Shown one piece after another: positions 52,143 to 64,000 of a stretch of 64,000 nucleotides of DNA. Below the pieces are notes generated by a model. The model saw nothing but the letters and a program-made list of their open reading frames with translations, did no database searches and was not told the DNA's origin. The DNA lies in the NCBI RefSeq assembly GCF_009914755.1, contig NC_060931.1, one strand, 5' to 3'. The number at the start of each line of letters is the position of its first letter. Position 1 is the stretch's first letter. The stretch comes from the human T2T-CHM13v2.0 reference genome, Homo sapiens. A program made the position numbers and the translations under genes.

Positions 52143-52490
52143 CTCACTCTCTCTCTGTTTTTTAGAGACAGGGTCTTGCTTTGTTACCCAGGCTAGAGGG
52201 CAGTGGTGTGATCATAACTCACTGCCTCGAACTCCTGGGCTCAAGAGATCCTCCTGTTTCAGCCTCTAGTAGCTAGGACTACAGGGGCCAGCCACTGCTC
52301 CTGGAGGTGTATATATATATGTGTGTGTATATATATATAAAACATATATATATATATGTAGAATTTTTTTTGTAGATTCATGGTTTCTCCATCTTTCCCA
52401 GGCTGGTTTTGAACTCCTAGGCTCAAGTGATCTTCCTGCCTCAGGCTCCCAAAATACTGGAATTACAAGCATGAGCCACCATGCCCAGCC
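52143..52490 (-). mobile_element. AluJ with (TA)n/(TG)n expansion in the mid-linker
   Basis: Both arms present, microsatellite at ~52308-52360; TSD TCAAAAACTCT. Confidence 0.92.
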
Positions 52491-52818
52491 TCAAAAACTC
52501 TTTGAACATACCAGACTTGCGTTTTAAGCAACAATGAGACAGTTTTTATGTGGGGGGAGGGCAGGTCTAGTGCTGTTACTAACAAACCTTCAACAATTGT
52601 TATGGATTTAATTTGTTGGCTAGTATGTAAATAGCAGAAAGAAAGATCATCATAGAGCAAAAATGGAAGATACAATGGCTGTATTTATAGCTGTAGACTC
52701 ATTGACTCTATTTGTACTATGTAGTCTCAGTGGTTGGAAGTGGAAAGTATAGTCTGCTAAGAAGAGACTGTCTTTGGTTGAGAGCACACAAAATGCTCAG
52801 ATCGTGGGAAAAAATATA

Positions 52819-53310
52819 CGTATTCCAGTTATCTATTGTGTAACAATCAGCACAAATGATAATGGCATTGAACAACCAGTTTCCACTTCCCACAATGTCT
52901 GGGGTCAGGAACGTGGCTAGTGGCTTGCCTCTGCTCTACAAGGAAAGACTGGGAGGCTGGGGCTCATATCAACAAGAGGCACATTAGCTCACATGTCTGA
53001 TAGTTGATGCTGGTTGTTGGCTGGGCCTCAGCTGAGGCTGTAAACCAGAGCACCTATAAAGGGCCTCTTCATGTTGCCTAGGCTTCCTCAGAGCAAAGCT
53101 GGGTTCAGGAGCTAGTACACCAAGAGGCAGAACATGGAAACTGCCAGTTTCTTGTGGCCTGGGCCTGGAAACTAATCTAGTGTCACTATTTTCCCTCTTC
53201 TATTGATGAAGCAGTAACAGAGCCCAGATCCAAGAAGGGGGACAGAAACTCCATTTCTCTATGGGAGGTAGGTAAAGAAACAAAAAACCAAAACACTATG
53301 GGACCATTTC
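52819..53310 (-). mobile_element. MLT1(G/H-like) solo LTR
   Basis: AGTTATCTATTGTGTAACAA...CTCACATGTCTGATAGTTGATGCTGG...CAGATCCAAGAAGGGGGACAGA. Confidence 0.75.
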
Positions 53311-53537
53311 TTTTTAAATTTTCATAATTATGAACATTGTACTCAAATGAATTGTTTATATATTTTCTCCCACATTAGACCAAAAAAAATCTCTAAAGAG
53401 TATTATGTTGAGCCACTCTACCTACAAGTAGTGTAGAAGCAAGTTTCTCTTCTAACCCCATACTTGGTATTATATTACATTTTGTTGTTTTACAATTTCC
53501 TTTTATTACACACAGCTTGAAATACCAATACTTATCT

Positions 53538-53624
53538 TTAATGTAAATTTTCTTCCCTTTTTATTGCCTGTATAGCATTCTTAATGTAAATTTTTCTTCC
53601 CTTTTTATTGCCTGTATAGCATTC
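53538..53624. repeat. 43/44-bp tandem duplication
   Basis: TTAATGTAAATTTT(T)CTTCCCTTTTTATTGCCTGTATAGCATTC twice, differing only by one T. Confidence 0.96.
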
Positions 53625-53689
53625 TATTGTATAAATATATGGACTTATTTAATTAGTCTCTAGTTTGAATTTTAATTATTTTATACTTA

Positions 53690-53905
53690 AATGACACTTA
53701 TCAGATAATAGGCACTGTTCTAAGCACTTTATAAATATCAATTCATTGGCTTTTCATAAAAACCTAATGACATAGAGTCTTATTATCCCGTTTTACAGAT
53801 AATGAAACATAGAAACAGAGAGGTTAAGTATCTTGCCTAAAGTCAAACAGCAACAAATAGTGGAGCCCTCAGAGTTTACTCTTTTGACCATCATGCTGTG
53901 CTGTC
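53690..53905 (-). mobile_element. MIR SINE
   Basis: AGGCACTGTTCTAAGCACTTTA...TTTTACAGAT...AGAGAGGTTAAGTATCTTGCCTAAAGTCA. Confidence 0.85.
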
Positions 53906-54244
53906 GGTTAGCAGGTATTGATTTTTTCCCCTGTTTTTTACTGGTATAAGCCATGTTATAGTGGACAACCTTACACACACTGTGAGCACTTTTCTTGGCA
54001 AAGGTAGATTTCTTGTGAAAGTATTAAAGCTAAGCCTTCAGAACCCCTCACTTGCACAGGATCTCTGAACACTGAGAATTGCAGAATATTTTTGGTGGAG
54101 GATACCGGGATTCAACCAGAAAGCACATTGAAATAAGCAATTCTGGTAAATTTTCCCAATAGATCTTAAGACAAAAGAAAGGACCTGATTTCCAAAACTC
54201 TTCTAATTTGTTTTATTTTCCCATTAAACATATTCACTTTTTTT

Positions 54245-54930
54245 CCCTTAAACAACAGAAATTTAATTTTCACGTTTTTGGAGACTGGAAAATCCAAGAT
54301 TAAGGTGCTGGCAAGGTCATTTTCTTCTGAGGACTATTCTCTCCTTTTTATTTTATTTTATTTTTAAAAATTTTTATGGGTACCTAGCAGGTATGTATAT
54401 TTATGGGGTACATGTGATATTTTGATACAGGCATACAATGTGTAATAATCATATCAGGGTAAATGGGGTGTCCATCACCTCAAGCATTTATCATTTCTTT
54501 GTGTTACAAACATTCCAATTATACTCATTTAATTATTTTAAAATGTAAAACAAATTATTGTTGACTGTAATCACCCTTTTGTGCTATCAGATACTATATG
54601 TTATTCATTCTGTCTACCTATGTTTTTCTACCCATTAACCATCCTCATTGCCCCCTTCCTACTCCACTGCCCTTTCCCAGTCTCTGGTAGCCATCATTCT
54701 ACTCTCTATCTTCATGAGTTCAGTTGTTTTAAATTTTAGCTCCCACAAATGAGTGAGAACATGTGAAGTTTGTCTTTCTGTGCCTGGCTTATTTCACTTA
54801 ACATAATGTCCTGAGGCCTCTCCTCTCGGCTTGCAGGCAGCTACCGTCTCTCTGTGTGCTCACGCGACCTCCTCTATGTGTACATGTGGATGGACAGTGA
54901 GTGAGCTCTCTGATGGTCCCATCTCTTGCC
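54245..54930 (-). mobile_element. MLT1A-like LTR fragment split by L1
   Basis: CTTAAACAACAGAAATTT...TCCAAGATTAAGGTGCTGGCA...CTGAGG, resumes TGAGGCCTCTCCTCTCGGCTTGCAG at 54812. Confidence 0.75.
54345..54810 (-). mobile_element. L1MA2/3-like 3' end
   Basis: ATTTATGGGGTACATGTGATATTTTGATACAGGCATACAATG...; degenerate TSD CTGAGGACTATTCTCTC/CTGAGGCCTCTCCTCTC. Confidence 0.88.
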
Positions 54931-55903
54931 CTTTTTTTTTTCCCAACTGGACTCTTTAAAATTATGATAAAATTCACCATACTAACCATTTTTAAGTGTA
55001 TAATTTATTTAATACAGTGAAATGAGCTTAGCTAAATACAATTCACATTGCTATATTAAAGAGGACCTCCAAAATTACGTAAGTTTCTGGCCTCACAAAG
55101 CCTAGATCTGCCTTTGTTTCTAGGACAAATTCCTATGAATGAAGTTGCTAAGTCAAAGGTCTGCTTATTTTAAATGTTGATAATGATAATAATAGCTAAC
55201 ACTAATGTAGAGCTTTCTTTGTGTGAGACGCAATTCTAATTACTTTGAAAACACTAATTTATTTCTTACCATACATTATAAGTAGATATTATTATCCACA
55301 CTTTCAGTTGAATAAACAGAGGCACAGAATTGTTATAATTTATAAAAACAAGTATTTCCACATCATATTCTTAAATGGTTTCACCAATTCTGAGTGTAAA
55401 TGAAAAGTGACTGCACGTTATAGAATATTTTAATTTTTAAATGTATTTGATAGTCAAAGCATTTTAATTTACATCTCATGCTATGAGCGACATTGAGCAT
55501 CCTTTCCTATGTTCATTGGCTAACTATACTGCTTTTTCTGTAAATTGTAACTGATCTTTTAACTCTCTATTTTAAAAAAATTCCTAGATGCTTTGAGAAA
55601 TGAGGTACACGTAAGGTCAGATGGACTCCAGCTATATGAGACAGGCCACTGGATTGATTCTACATTGATTTCAGGGAATGGCAGCTGATGCAGAGATGAT
55701 GTGTGAAGATGTAATGGCAATGTTCAAGAGTTGTGGCAAATGAAAACATTGTATTAGGCATCTTGTTTGGTATCATCTAGACTCAATCCAAGCGGATAAT
55801 CCTTATAAAAGAAGAACAGGTATAAAACACTGCGAACTCTGGAATAACATGGGAGTCACTAGCATGTGAATTATGTGAATTGCAATTTTTTTACATTAGG
55901 TCC

Positions 55904-56206
55904 TTTTGTATTTTCTTTTTTGAGACAGGGTCTCACTCTGTCATCCGGGCTGCAGTCCAGTGATGCAATCACTACTCACTGTAGCTTCAACCTCTCGGGC
56001 TCAGGTGGTCTTTCCATCTCAGCCTTCTGAGTAGCTGGGACTACAAGCATGTGCCACCATGCCTGGCTAATTTTTTTATTTTTTATAGAGACAAGGTCTC
56101 TCTATGTTGTCCAGGCTAGTCTTGATCTCCTGAACTCAAGTGATTCCTCCACCTTGCCTCCCAAAGAAAGTGCTTGGATTACAGGCATGAGCCACTGCAC
56201 CCAGCC
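55904..56206 (-). mobile_element. AluJ full-length
   Basis: Dimeric Alu; TSD CATTAGGTCCTTTT/CATTAGGCACTTTT. Confidence 0.93.
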
Positions 56207-56528
56207 CATTAGGCACTTTTAAGATCCAAATTCCAAAATGTTTTGCTCATTATGAGAAGTAAAAGAATAAACAAGAACCATGAGACTTGATCAGGAGAGG
56301 CCACAGGATGGGTCCAGAGGGTTTAGTATGGAAATTTTCTATATAGCCAAAGTGGCCATCAAGAAAATATGACTGCTAAAATCACTAATAATAAAGTCAG
56401 AGTCTTCTGGAGAAGAACCCTAGAAGTGGAAGTGCCTAGTGAGAACAATGTCCTTCATTGATAAAGTCAGTGATGACCCTTAGGGGACATACCCATTACC
56501 CTAGGGGACCAAAGAAATCTTGGTCTTA

Positions 56529-56829
<301 letters not shown>

Positions 56830-56877
56830 GAATCCTAAGTAGAGTAATAGGTTAGTATAGCCTGTGCAGTTAGTACA

Positions 56878-57051
56878 CCCAGTTGCAGTGGTGTGCACCT
56901 GTAGTCCCAGCTACTTGTGAGGCTGAGGCAGGAGGATCACTTGAGCTCAGGAGTTTAAGATTGCAGTATACTATGACCACACCTGTGAATAGTCACCTCA
57001 CTCTAGCCTGGTCAATATAGTGAAATCTGTTCTCAAAAAAAAAAAAAAAAA
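56878..57051 (+). mobile_element. FAM/FRAM fossil Alu monomer
   Basis: Single arm retaining the 7SL-like CCTGTGAATAG segment; poly-A tail. Confidence 0.8.
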
Positions 57052-59880
57052 ATTCCTAATCAGACACCACAGGCATTTCCAAGCCCCTTGTGCAATTCAG
57101 TGCAGTTTGTATAATTATAAAGAGACAACTATGGAAACAATATGAAAAGTAGTGATAGCAGAATACCAGAAACAGTAGCAACAGCAACAATTAAGGCAGA
57201 CGGTCTTGTAGATTACAAATTGGAATTAAGTGAATTTAAATAGAAACCTACAGCTAGCACAATGCTGGAGAGTGTTGCTTCAAATACTTTTCTTTTGGAA
57301 CAAGGAAGGCTATAATTTATTAATTAAACATAAATAGACAAATACTACTGAAGTCTGCACTGTAAGCTAAAGGAAATAAAAAGAAGGGCTTTGGTTCTCA
57401 AAAGTAGATAATGTCAAAGATACTTTGCTTTAAGACAGAACCTCTATTTTACCTGTGATTAGAAGAAAGTGAATAGAAATGTGACACAAAATGAGAATAT
57501 ATCCTGTCTTTCATAATCCATGATGGATCTAGCAAAATTGGCTTTGGTTCATCCATATTTTTATATTAGTTCATAATTAGTTTCTTTATGTGCAAACTTC
57601 CATGCTAAAAAATTATTCAGGAAAAGAAGTAAAAACAGCTGGATTATATAGACCTCCTAAAATTTTCATTTTTATTCCTTTCATGTGTTGTGGGAAGTAA
57701 TATAATTGTCTTCTAGGCCCTAAGTCACAAAAGTAGCAGTTATAAAACTGACCTTTGTAAAGATACTGCCTTTCAGATGTGAATATTGCTTTACATGGGT
57801 ATTATGAAACATTTTATCATATTGGCTTATGGGATTCTGGAAGCCTGCTAACAATGCATCATCTGCTATGTCTGTGGCCTGAAAATTAGTGTTAGGATTA
57901 AAAGTAGTCAACGTGTCAATTTTCTGGGCTAGCCTATGCTTGTTGCCAAAGAGGTAAGTAAAATACATAAAATGGAAGGAACAAATTTTTAAAATTATCA
58001 GCTTAAATTTTTTACCATTAAAACTATTTCCCAGTGTAAAATACTGTGCTCTTCCACAATATCACTGAAGAATATTAATATTCTCTCCCTAATATCTTAC
58101 TAGTGGCCTCCTTAACTCTTTAATCATTTATGCAACATATCCCTACACTACATTTTCCTGAAGCAATTCTGTATTTCCCCCAAAAGTAGCTATTTATATA
58201 TCTCTAATACAATTGTGGATTTTATAGAATTAACAGGTAAGTGTGATAAATCTGTTTGGACCTTACATCACTTACTATAATTTGACCCATGAAAACTATC
58301 TCCACATTTTATTTATTTTTTATTCCTGGGAAGAGTCTATCCCAATATGGTAAACAGACAATTCTTTCAGCTTTATTAATATGTATGGCCTTCTCTGGGT
58401 AGGTTTAGTTTTCTCAAATTTATGGTGGTAGTTGGCATTGAGAATGGAATAAACAGGTCTGCTTAGCTCTGCAGAAAATAAAATAAAGTGTAATTTCATC
58501 AACTCTCTTTTTCGTTGTCAGCTCTAAATGCAACTCTCATGTTACAAGGTTAGTGTAAGGCTGACATTAAATCATTATCTAGGGCCATAGCTGAAATATG
58601 TTGAATTATGTATTTAAATGTGCTCACACATTATCTCCATATAGAATAAAACAAAGTAATCAGATTTGCATTTTATTTCTATGCCAGAACCTACAGTATT
58701 ATTTTGCACTTGCTGGAGGGAATTTGGCAATGTGTTATCTCCTCAGGCCTGTTTTCACAAGACAGCAATTCAGCTGAAGTGCAGTGTAAAAGTATTTATT
58801 AAAAGCAATTCCCCTCTGGCACTTGGAAATGAAAGACAATAGGAGTGTGCTGTTTTGCTATCTGGGAAGGGTTCACATTTTGTGAGTTGATGAAAAAGTT
58901 TAGTGTATCACACCCTTAAATAAATATCTATGCTTGTGCCTGGAGAGGAAAGCAGCAGTTTTCAAAAGTTCTTGAAAAGCTTATAAGAAAAGTTACCAGA
59001 ATCTTGGAGTAGGGATAAAGACAGTTTAGGTGCAGTCTTCTCCAGTTCTTTCCAATTTTAACGCTGATTCTCTGTCGCTGAAGGCTCAGCCCATTTCATC
59101 AGCCCGACGTTGTTTCCCATCCCTACTGCCCAGCATCTAAGACCATCATTGCAATGGGATATGTACTTACAGTCTCTGCCTACTAGCATTTAGGATCTGG
59201 AATTAGTCTTGTTGACAGAATCAAAATTCCAAGGATACCTGAAGCAAGCCACAAGTTTACCCATGTGCCCAATGAGTTGCAGTTTTTACCCCATGGAATC
59301 GTTCAGGTCACCTAACTGGTATTTGGCTCCTGATGCTTAGGCTAGTTCTTCCTTGAGTCTTTGCCGAGCCCTTCTCCCAGGAGGATCCACTCGGTTCTCT
59401 GTCCCCTGACTATGGAAAGTGCTCTTGAAATCTGCTAAAATTCAATGCACACGTGCTGCAGAGTTCTACTTCAATACTCCATTTGCTGGCCTGGAGTACA
59501 GTGGCTTCCTCAAGCAAGATGTTTATGTTGGGACGGTAGTCATCAGACCAATATTCATCTTTAGTGACTAGCTCTGTACCTGAGTCAGTGGCTGGTAGGC
59601 TCTTCTATCTGTTCTTAGGCATCCTAGCTTCTTTCTCCTCACAACCAGCTTGCATTGCTTTGGTTGCCAAATGCCTCTTAGTTGTGCCTGCCCTATGGCC
59701 GGCTCAATGAATTATGAACAAGTTATTCATACTTGGTAATGCATTCATTTTTCAATGGTTTAGCATGCTTGATTGAATTGCAGTTTTACTACCTACTGAA
59801 TGAGCAATTAAAACCATGCAATTAAAACAACTCTCATTTATCATTTTTAAAGTAGTAATTATTGATCAAGATCCCTGAGT

Positions 59881-60108
59881 CCTCTCCTCTCCTCTCCTCT
59901 GCTCTCCCCTCCTCTGCTCTCCTTTCCTCCGCTCTCCTCTCCTCTGCTCTCCTCTCCTCTGCTTTGCTTTGCTCTCCTCTCCCCTCCACTCCCCTCCCCT
60001 CCCACTTCCCCCTCCCCTCACTCTCCCCTCCTCCCCTCCATTCCCCTCCCCTCTCCTCCCCTCCCCTCTCTTCCCCTCCCCTCCCCACTCATCCCCTCCC
60101 CTCCCTTC
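59881..60108. repeat. C/T low-complexity tract (CTCCT/CTGCT/CCCCT pentamers)
   Basis: Directly visible; gives the LLSSA and RRAEE ORFs. Confidence 0.96.
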
Positions 60109-60645
60109 TGCCAAAGCAAAAATTGCACTGGACAAAGCTAAATAGGCACCGAAGACTTTATTCAAGCCTATCTCAATAGGGGAGAGAGGCCAGGACTCAG
60201 TCTGAGCTCAACTCCACTGAAGCAAAGAAAGGATGAGAGGATTTTTATATGCTGGGCTGAGAGGGAGAACATAGGCTTGTTTGCTAATTGGCTTTACCCA
60301 AAGGAGAAGTAAAAGTTTACTCCTTCAAGAGTGAGTTTCTTCTTCTCTCTGGCAGGAGGTGGTTTTATAACTTGGGGCTGTCCACCAAAGTTGGACAGGG
60401 AGATAGGGGTGCCATCTCCCTTGATGATTACATGTCAAAGGGATAGTTCTAGGCCCTTGAGAAAGAGATTGCTGGATTTATAACTGAAAAGGGACTTTAA
60501 AAAAATTTACACACATTTCAGAAAGACAGAGAAATAATTTACAATCAAAAGTGTTGTAAAGTAAATGCTCTCAGAAAAGAGAGGTCCCGATGAAACCTAT
60601 CTGAAATTTGGTCAAGCTGAGGGGAATCTTAAGACTCTCTGGTTC
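60109..60645 (-). mobile_element. MER67/MER31-group ERV1 solo LTR
   Basis: Reverse complement contains TTCCCCTCAGCTTGACCAAATTTCAGATAGG, AGAGCATTTACTTTA, AATAAA and ends GTGCAATTTTTGCTTTGGCA. Confidence 0.75.
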
Positions 60646-60661
60646 TTTTCCCTTCTGCTTC

Positions 60662-61289
60662 TGATGCAGGATTTTTCTTCTTGGTCACTTTGCAAGCTGG
60701 GGACTCCCAGCCAGGGACATCCCACCTGGGCCTCCCTTAGGCATGCTGGTGTGCCCCAGCTTACCTGTGTTATAGCTTGTATCCATATTTGGCGGTTCCT
60801 CTGCATGGCGCCCATGAAGAATGAGGACATGCGGGACATTGAAGGATGAGTAAGGCAGAGAAGAATTTTATTGAGTGATGAAGATGGCTTTCAGCAGAGG
60901 GGGGATGTGGGGTTGGTCCCCCTACCTGAAGGTGGGAAAGTTCTCCCCCTGTGGCTGGGTCCGGGGCCTCTTATGGACTCAGAATGCAGTGTGTGTGCTG
61001 ACTGATTTGTAAGTATGCAAAAAAGGTTAAAGCAAAGACACCACTCAAAGGTGGGCACGACAGTGTAGAAAACCAATTAGAAAAGGGTAGGTATATGAAA
61101 AATTGGTGAAGGGTGGGGGACCAATCAGAGGAAAGTGCGCCAAATGGGAAGACAAGTTCTTACTCTGGTCTGAGGATTTAACTTGTAGCTTGCCTTTCGG
61201 GCTTTAAACTTTCTTTGGCTTGCAGGCGGGGTTTCGCTGGGGACCCGCCCCCACCTGCCTGTGCATTTGACTGCCTCCTGCTACTCTCA
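60662..61289 (-). mobile_element. LTR9-like (LTR9/LTR27/MER61 group) ERV1 solo LTR
   Basis: TG...CA termini (rc TGAGAGTAGCAGGAGGCAG), CCAAT boxes, AATAAA, perfect 4-bp TSD CTTC; exact subfamily uncertain. Confidence 0.85.
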
Positions 61290-62940
61290 CTTCCATCCAC
61301 CTTCCTCTCCCCTCCCCTCTCCTCCTTTCTCTCTCATTCTCTTTACTTCTCCTCCCTTACCTTCTTTTTTTCTTCCTCTTTCTGGTTTTTCTTTCTCAGC
61401 TCTTGTCTATTACTTGCCTTCCAAAGTGTATTTATTTAACATTTTATGCCAGATTTATCTTTATACTTTCTCCCATCATCATCTTGTGATATGTCAAAGT
61501 TGTTTGTGAACTACTTTAACAGTGCAAAAGAGATGTTAAAAATATCCTGCCTATCCACAGCCTGCTTGTTCATCACAATAAAGAATCTTCTTAATGAAGA
61601 AAATCTCCCAGGCGTGTGCATTAGGTTTAACACCCTTAGAGTTCTTATACTACCTCCCTTTCTGTACAGCAAAAGAATTTTTAAAAGTTATTTAAAATAG
61701 CTAAAACATAGATGCATTCACTTGTTTCCTTACTCATACACTCATCAGACAGGTACTGACTCTCCACTTCTCTTGGTTTGCCTCTTATGAGTGCTCCTAT
61801 AACTTGGCCTTTATCCTAGTGTTCCTTGTATGTTTCTCTTTAAAATGTCTCCTGTCCTAATAGAGCATTGCCTGCCCTGGTTTGCTTATGCTTTTGCAGC
61901 TTTTCTGCCTTCCTTTCTACATCTGGCAATCCATTTTCAGGCAGCTCTTTTCATTCTTATTCAGGCATCCTAGTACTAAGTACATGCTTCAAATTATGCC
62001 CAATTAAATGCTGTGAATCTGATTTACCTTGACTGTTGGAGTTGTCTTTAAAATTTTTATTTTATAGAATACTAGTTCACTTATTTTTTTGCCTGATTCT
62101 GTAAAATTTCTCCATTGCTTCGTAGATGGGAAACCCCCTGCATTTTTCTATATTTTTGAGCTAAGAACCAGCAAATTCACCACATTCTTCGTGCCTTTTA
62201 AAGGTATAACCTACCTTCTATTAAATTAATTTTTGTCACTAATTCTGACTCTTTGGAGAAACTGTTTTATCAATGTTAATATCTTGTTATATGAATATAC
62301 CATGAATATAATATTCCTAGTATAACTTTACTATTCAATTTGTAAGTACACAGTTCCCGAAATTCTAAATAATGAATAGTGGAAAATATGGAAGATTGTC
62401 ACTGAAGACACACCTAACTAGTGAACTAGTTTTGTGAATGGCTTTGTGACGGCATTCTGATCCTAGTTTGTATTCTCTCAATGCCTGTGTGCCAGGCACT
62501 GTTTCAGTAATGGGTAGTGGGAATTCAGGGTGAATCAAGGCAGAGTCTTTGCCTTTGCAGGATTTTTCTGGAGCTTCTGTGCACCTTGTAGAGTAAAGTA
62601 GACAGTACCCCAGTAACAAGTTGTGTAGTATCTTGCTCATTCTGTCTGGTAACATTTTGTGTGTGACTCATTTTTTAGATCTTGCCTGAAATCTGAAGAA
62701 ATGATAACAGATATAAAATAGTTGGACCTTATAATGGGAAAGAAACTGGAACATTAGGAAATTCCACGATATACTTGATTTGATGATTTTTTCCTCGTAG
62801 AGAGCGTGGTCCACTGGAATAAAATTTTCTAGAAGTCAGTTGCATTTTTTTTAACCACTTAGGATATTTTACTTCTGATGAATGACTACATGAATAACTA
62901 GTTATTAAGTTAATTCACATTTAAAGTACTTCATGCATTA

Positions 62941-63360
<420 letters not shown>

Positions 63361-64000
63361 TTATAAGTCTTGTCATACTCATTTCTTCTACTTGCTTCTG
63401 GATATTTTGACTTCTTTTCCTGAACCCCTTTCAGCCTTCTGAAGTTTCATCTAATTTCCAAGTTCTGTTGTTATATTTTTCCCCTCATTTTTGCTTCTGA
63501 GAATCAGTTCCTATGTTTTCTTTGATGTGAAGAATAATAATAGGCTGTCGGTTGAATATTTTTCAGGTTTATTAATATGTATTATGCCTTTTGTTACCTT
63601 TTTTCAGTTGCTGCTTGAAATTTACTTTTGTAGTTGCCTTCTGGCAGGCATAGAAATAGACAACATAGTTACCCAGGCTTTAAACTGAGAACAAGTAGAT
63701 GGGAGAAAAAAAAGCAGGTAAAAATATCACTAAATTGGACTATCAAATATTTTTTATAATTTTTCATAACTTATTCTTACTACTCTGCAGTATCAGGTTT
63801 TAAAAAGTGATGTTAAAATGGAGAAAAAGAATTAAAGATAATAATTCCAAATCAGCAGAAATAACCTGAAGAAAGAAATGGATTTTTATGGTAAGGGTTG
63901 GCTTAGCACATGGCATTATTATTTGAAGAAGATTGTCAAGGAAAAGAGCAATATCCTCTGAGAACAGAGAGAGATTAAAGAGCAAGTTTTGTCTATAGGA

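Larger units (their letters stand above)
53999..55116. mobile_element. MER115/Zaphod-like hAT DNA transposon containing nested insertions
   Basis: TIRs CAAAGGTAGATTT / rc CAAAGGCAGATCT (11/13) and 8-bp TSD TTTCTTGG/TTTCTAGG. Confidence 0.75.

Noticed and set aside
59834-60179. LLSSA/RRAEE repeat ORFs
   Set aside because: Translation of a pentamer simple repeat.
62778-62880. TGATGA...CTGA box C/D-like pair (similar at 18560)
   Set aside because: No terminal stem or recognisable guide; expected by chance.

Overview
Primate (probably human) non-coding genomic DNA: AT-rich, CpG-depleted, no CpG island, no recognisable protein-coding exon, RNA gene or host gene. Roughly half the window is recognisable interspersed repeat. 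It includes L1 remnants of several ages (one with a twin-priming 5' inversion), L2 and MIR fragments, about 11 Alu-family copies, four THE1D-type solo LTRs and a two-LTR MSTA element with an intact TSD. ERV1/ERVL-type solo LTRs (MER51, MER93, LTR9-like, MER67/31-like, LTR33, LTR16, MLT1) and a nested hAT DNA transposon are also present. Subfamily names come from recalled consensus sequences, not a RepeatMasker run, and boundaries without a TSD are approximate. The longest ORFs in the supplied track lie over repeats or low-complexity tracts. The best lead is a minus-strand THE1D LTR (33354-33737) with a perfect DUX4 motif, TATAAA and a GG|GTAAGT donor. It could splice in frame to a unique acceptor-plus-AATAAA exon at about 29102-28925, giving a two-exon LTR-driven transcript with a possible 51-aa peptide. 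Other oddities are a ~190-bp fold-back templated insertion at 32326-32516, several local micro-duplications and candidate enhancer and CTCF motif clusters. All functional claims are inference, and I cannot demonstrate a new biological system from sequence alone.
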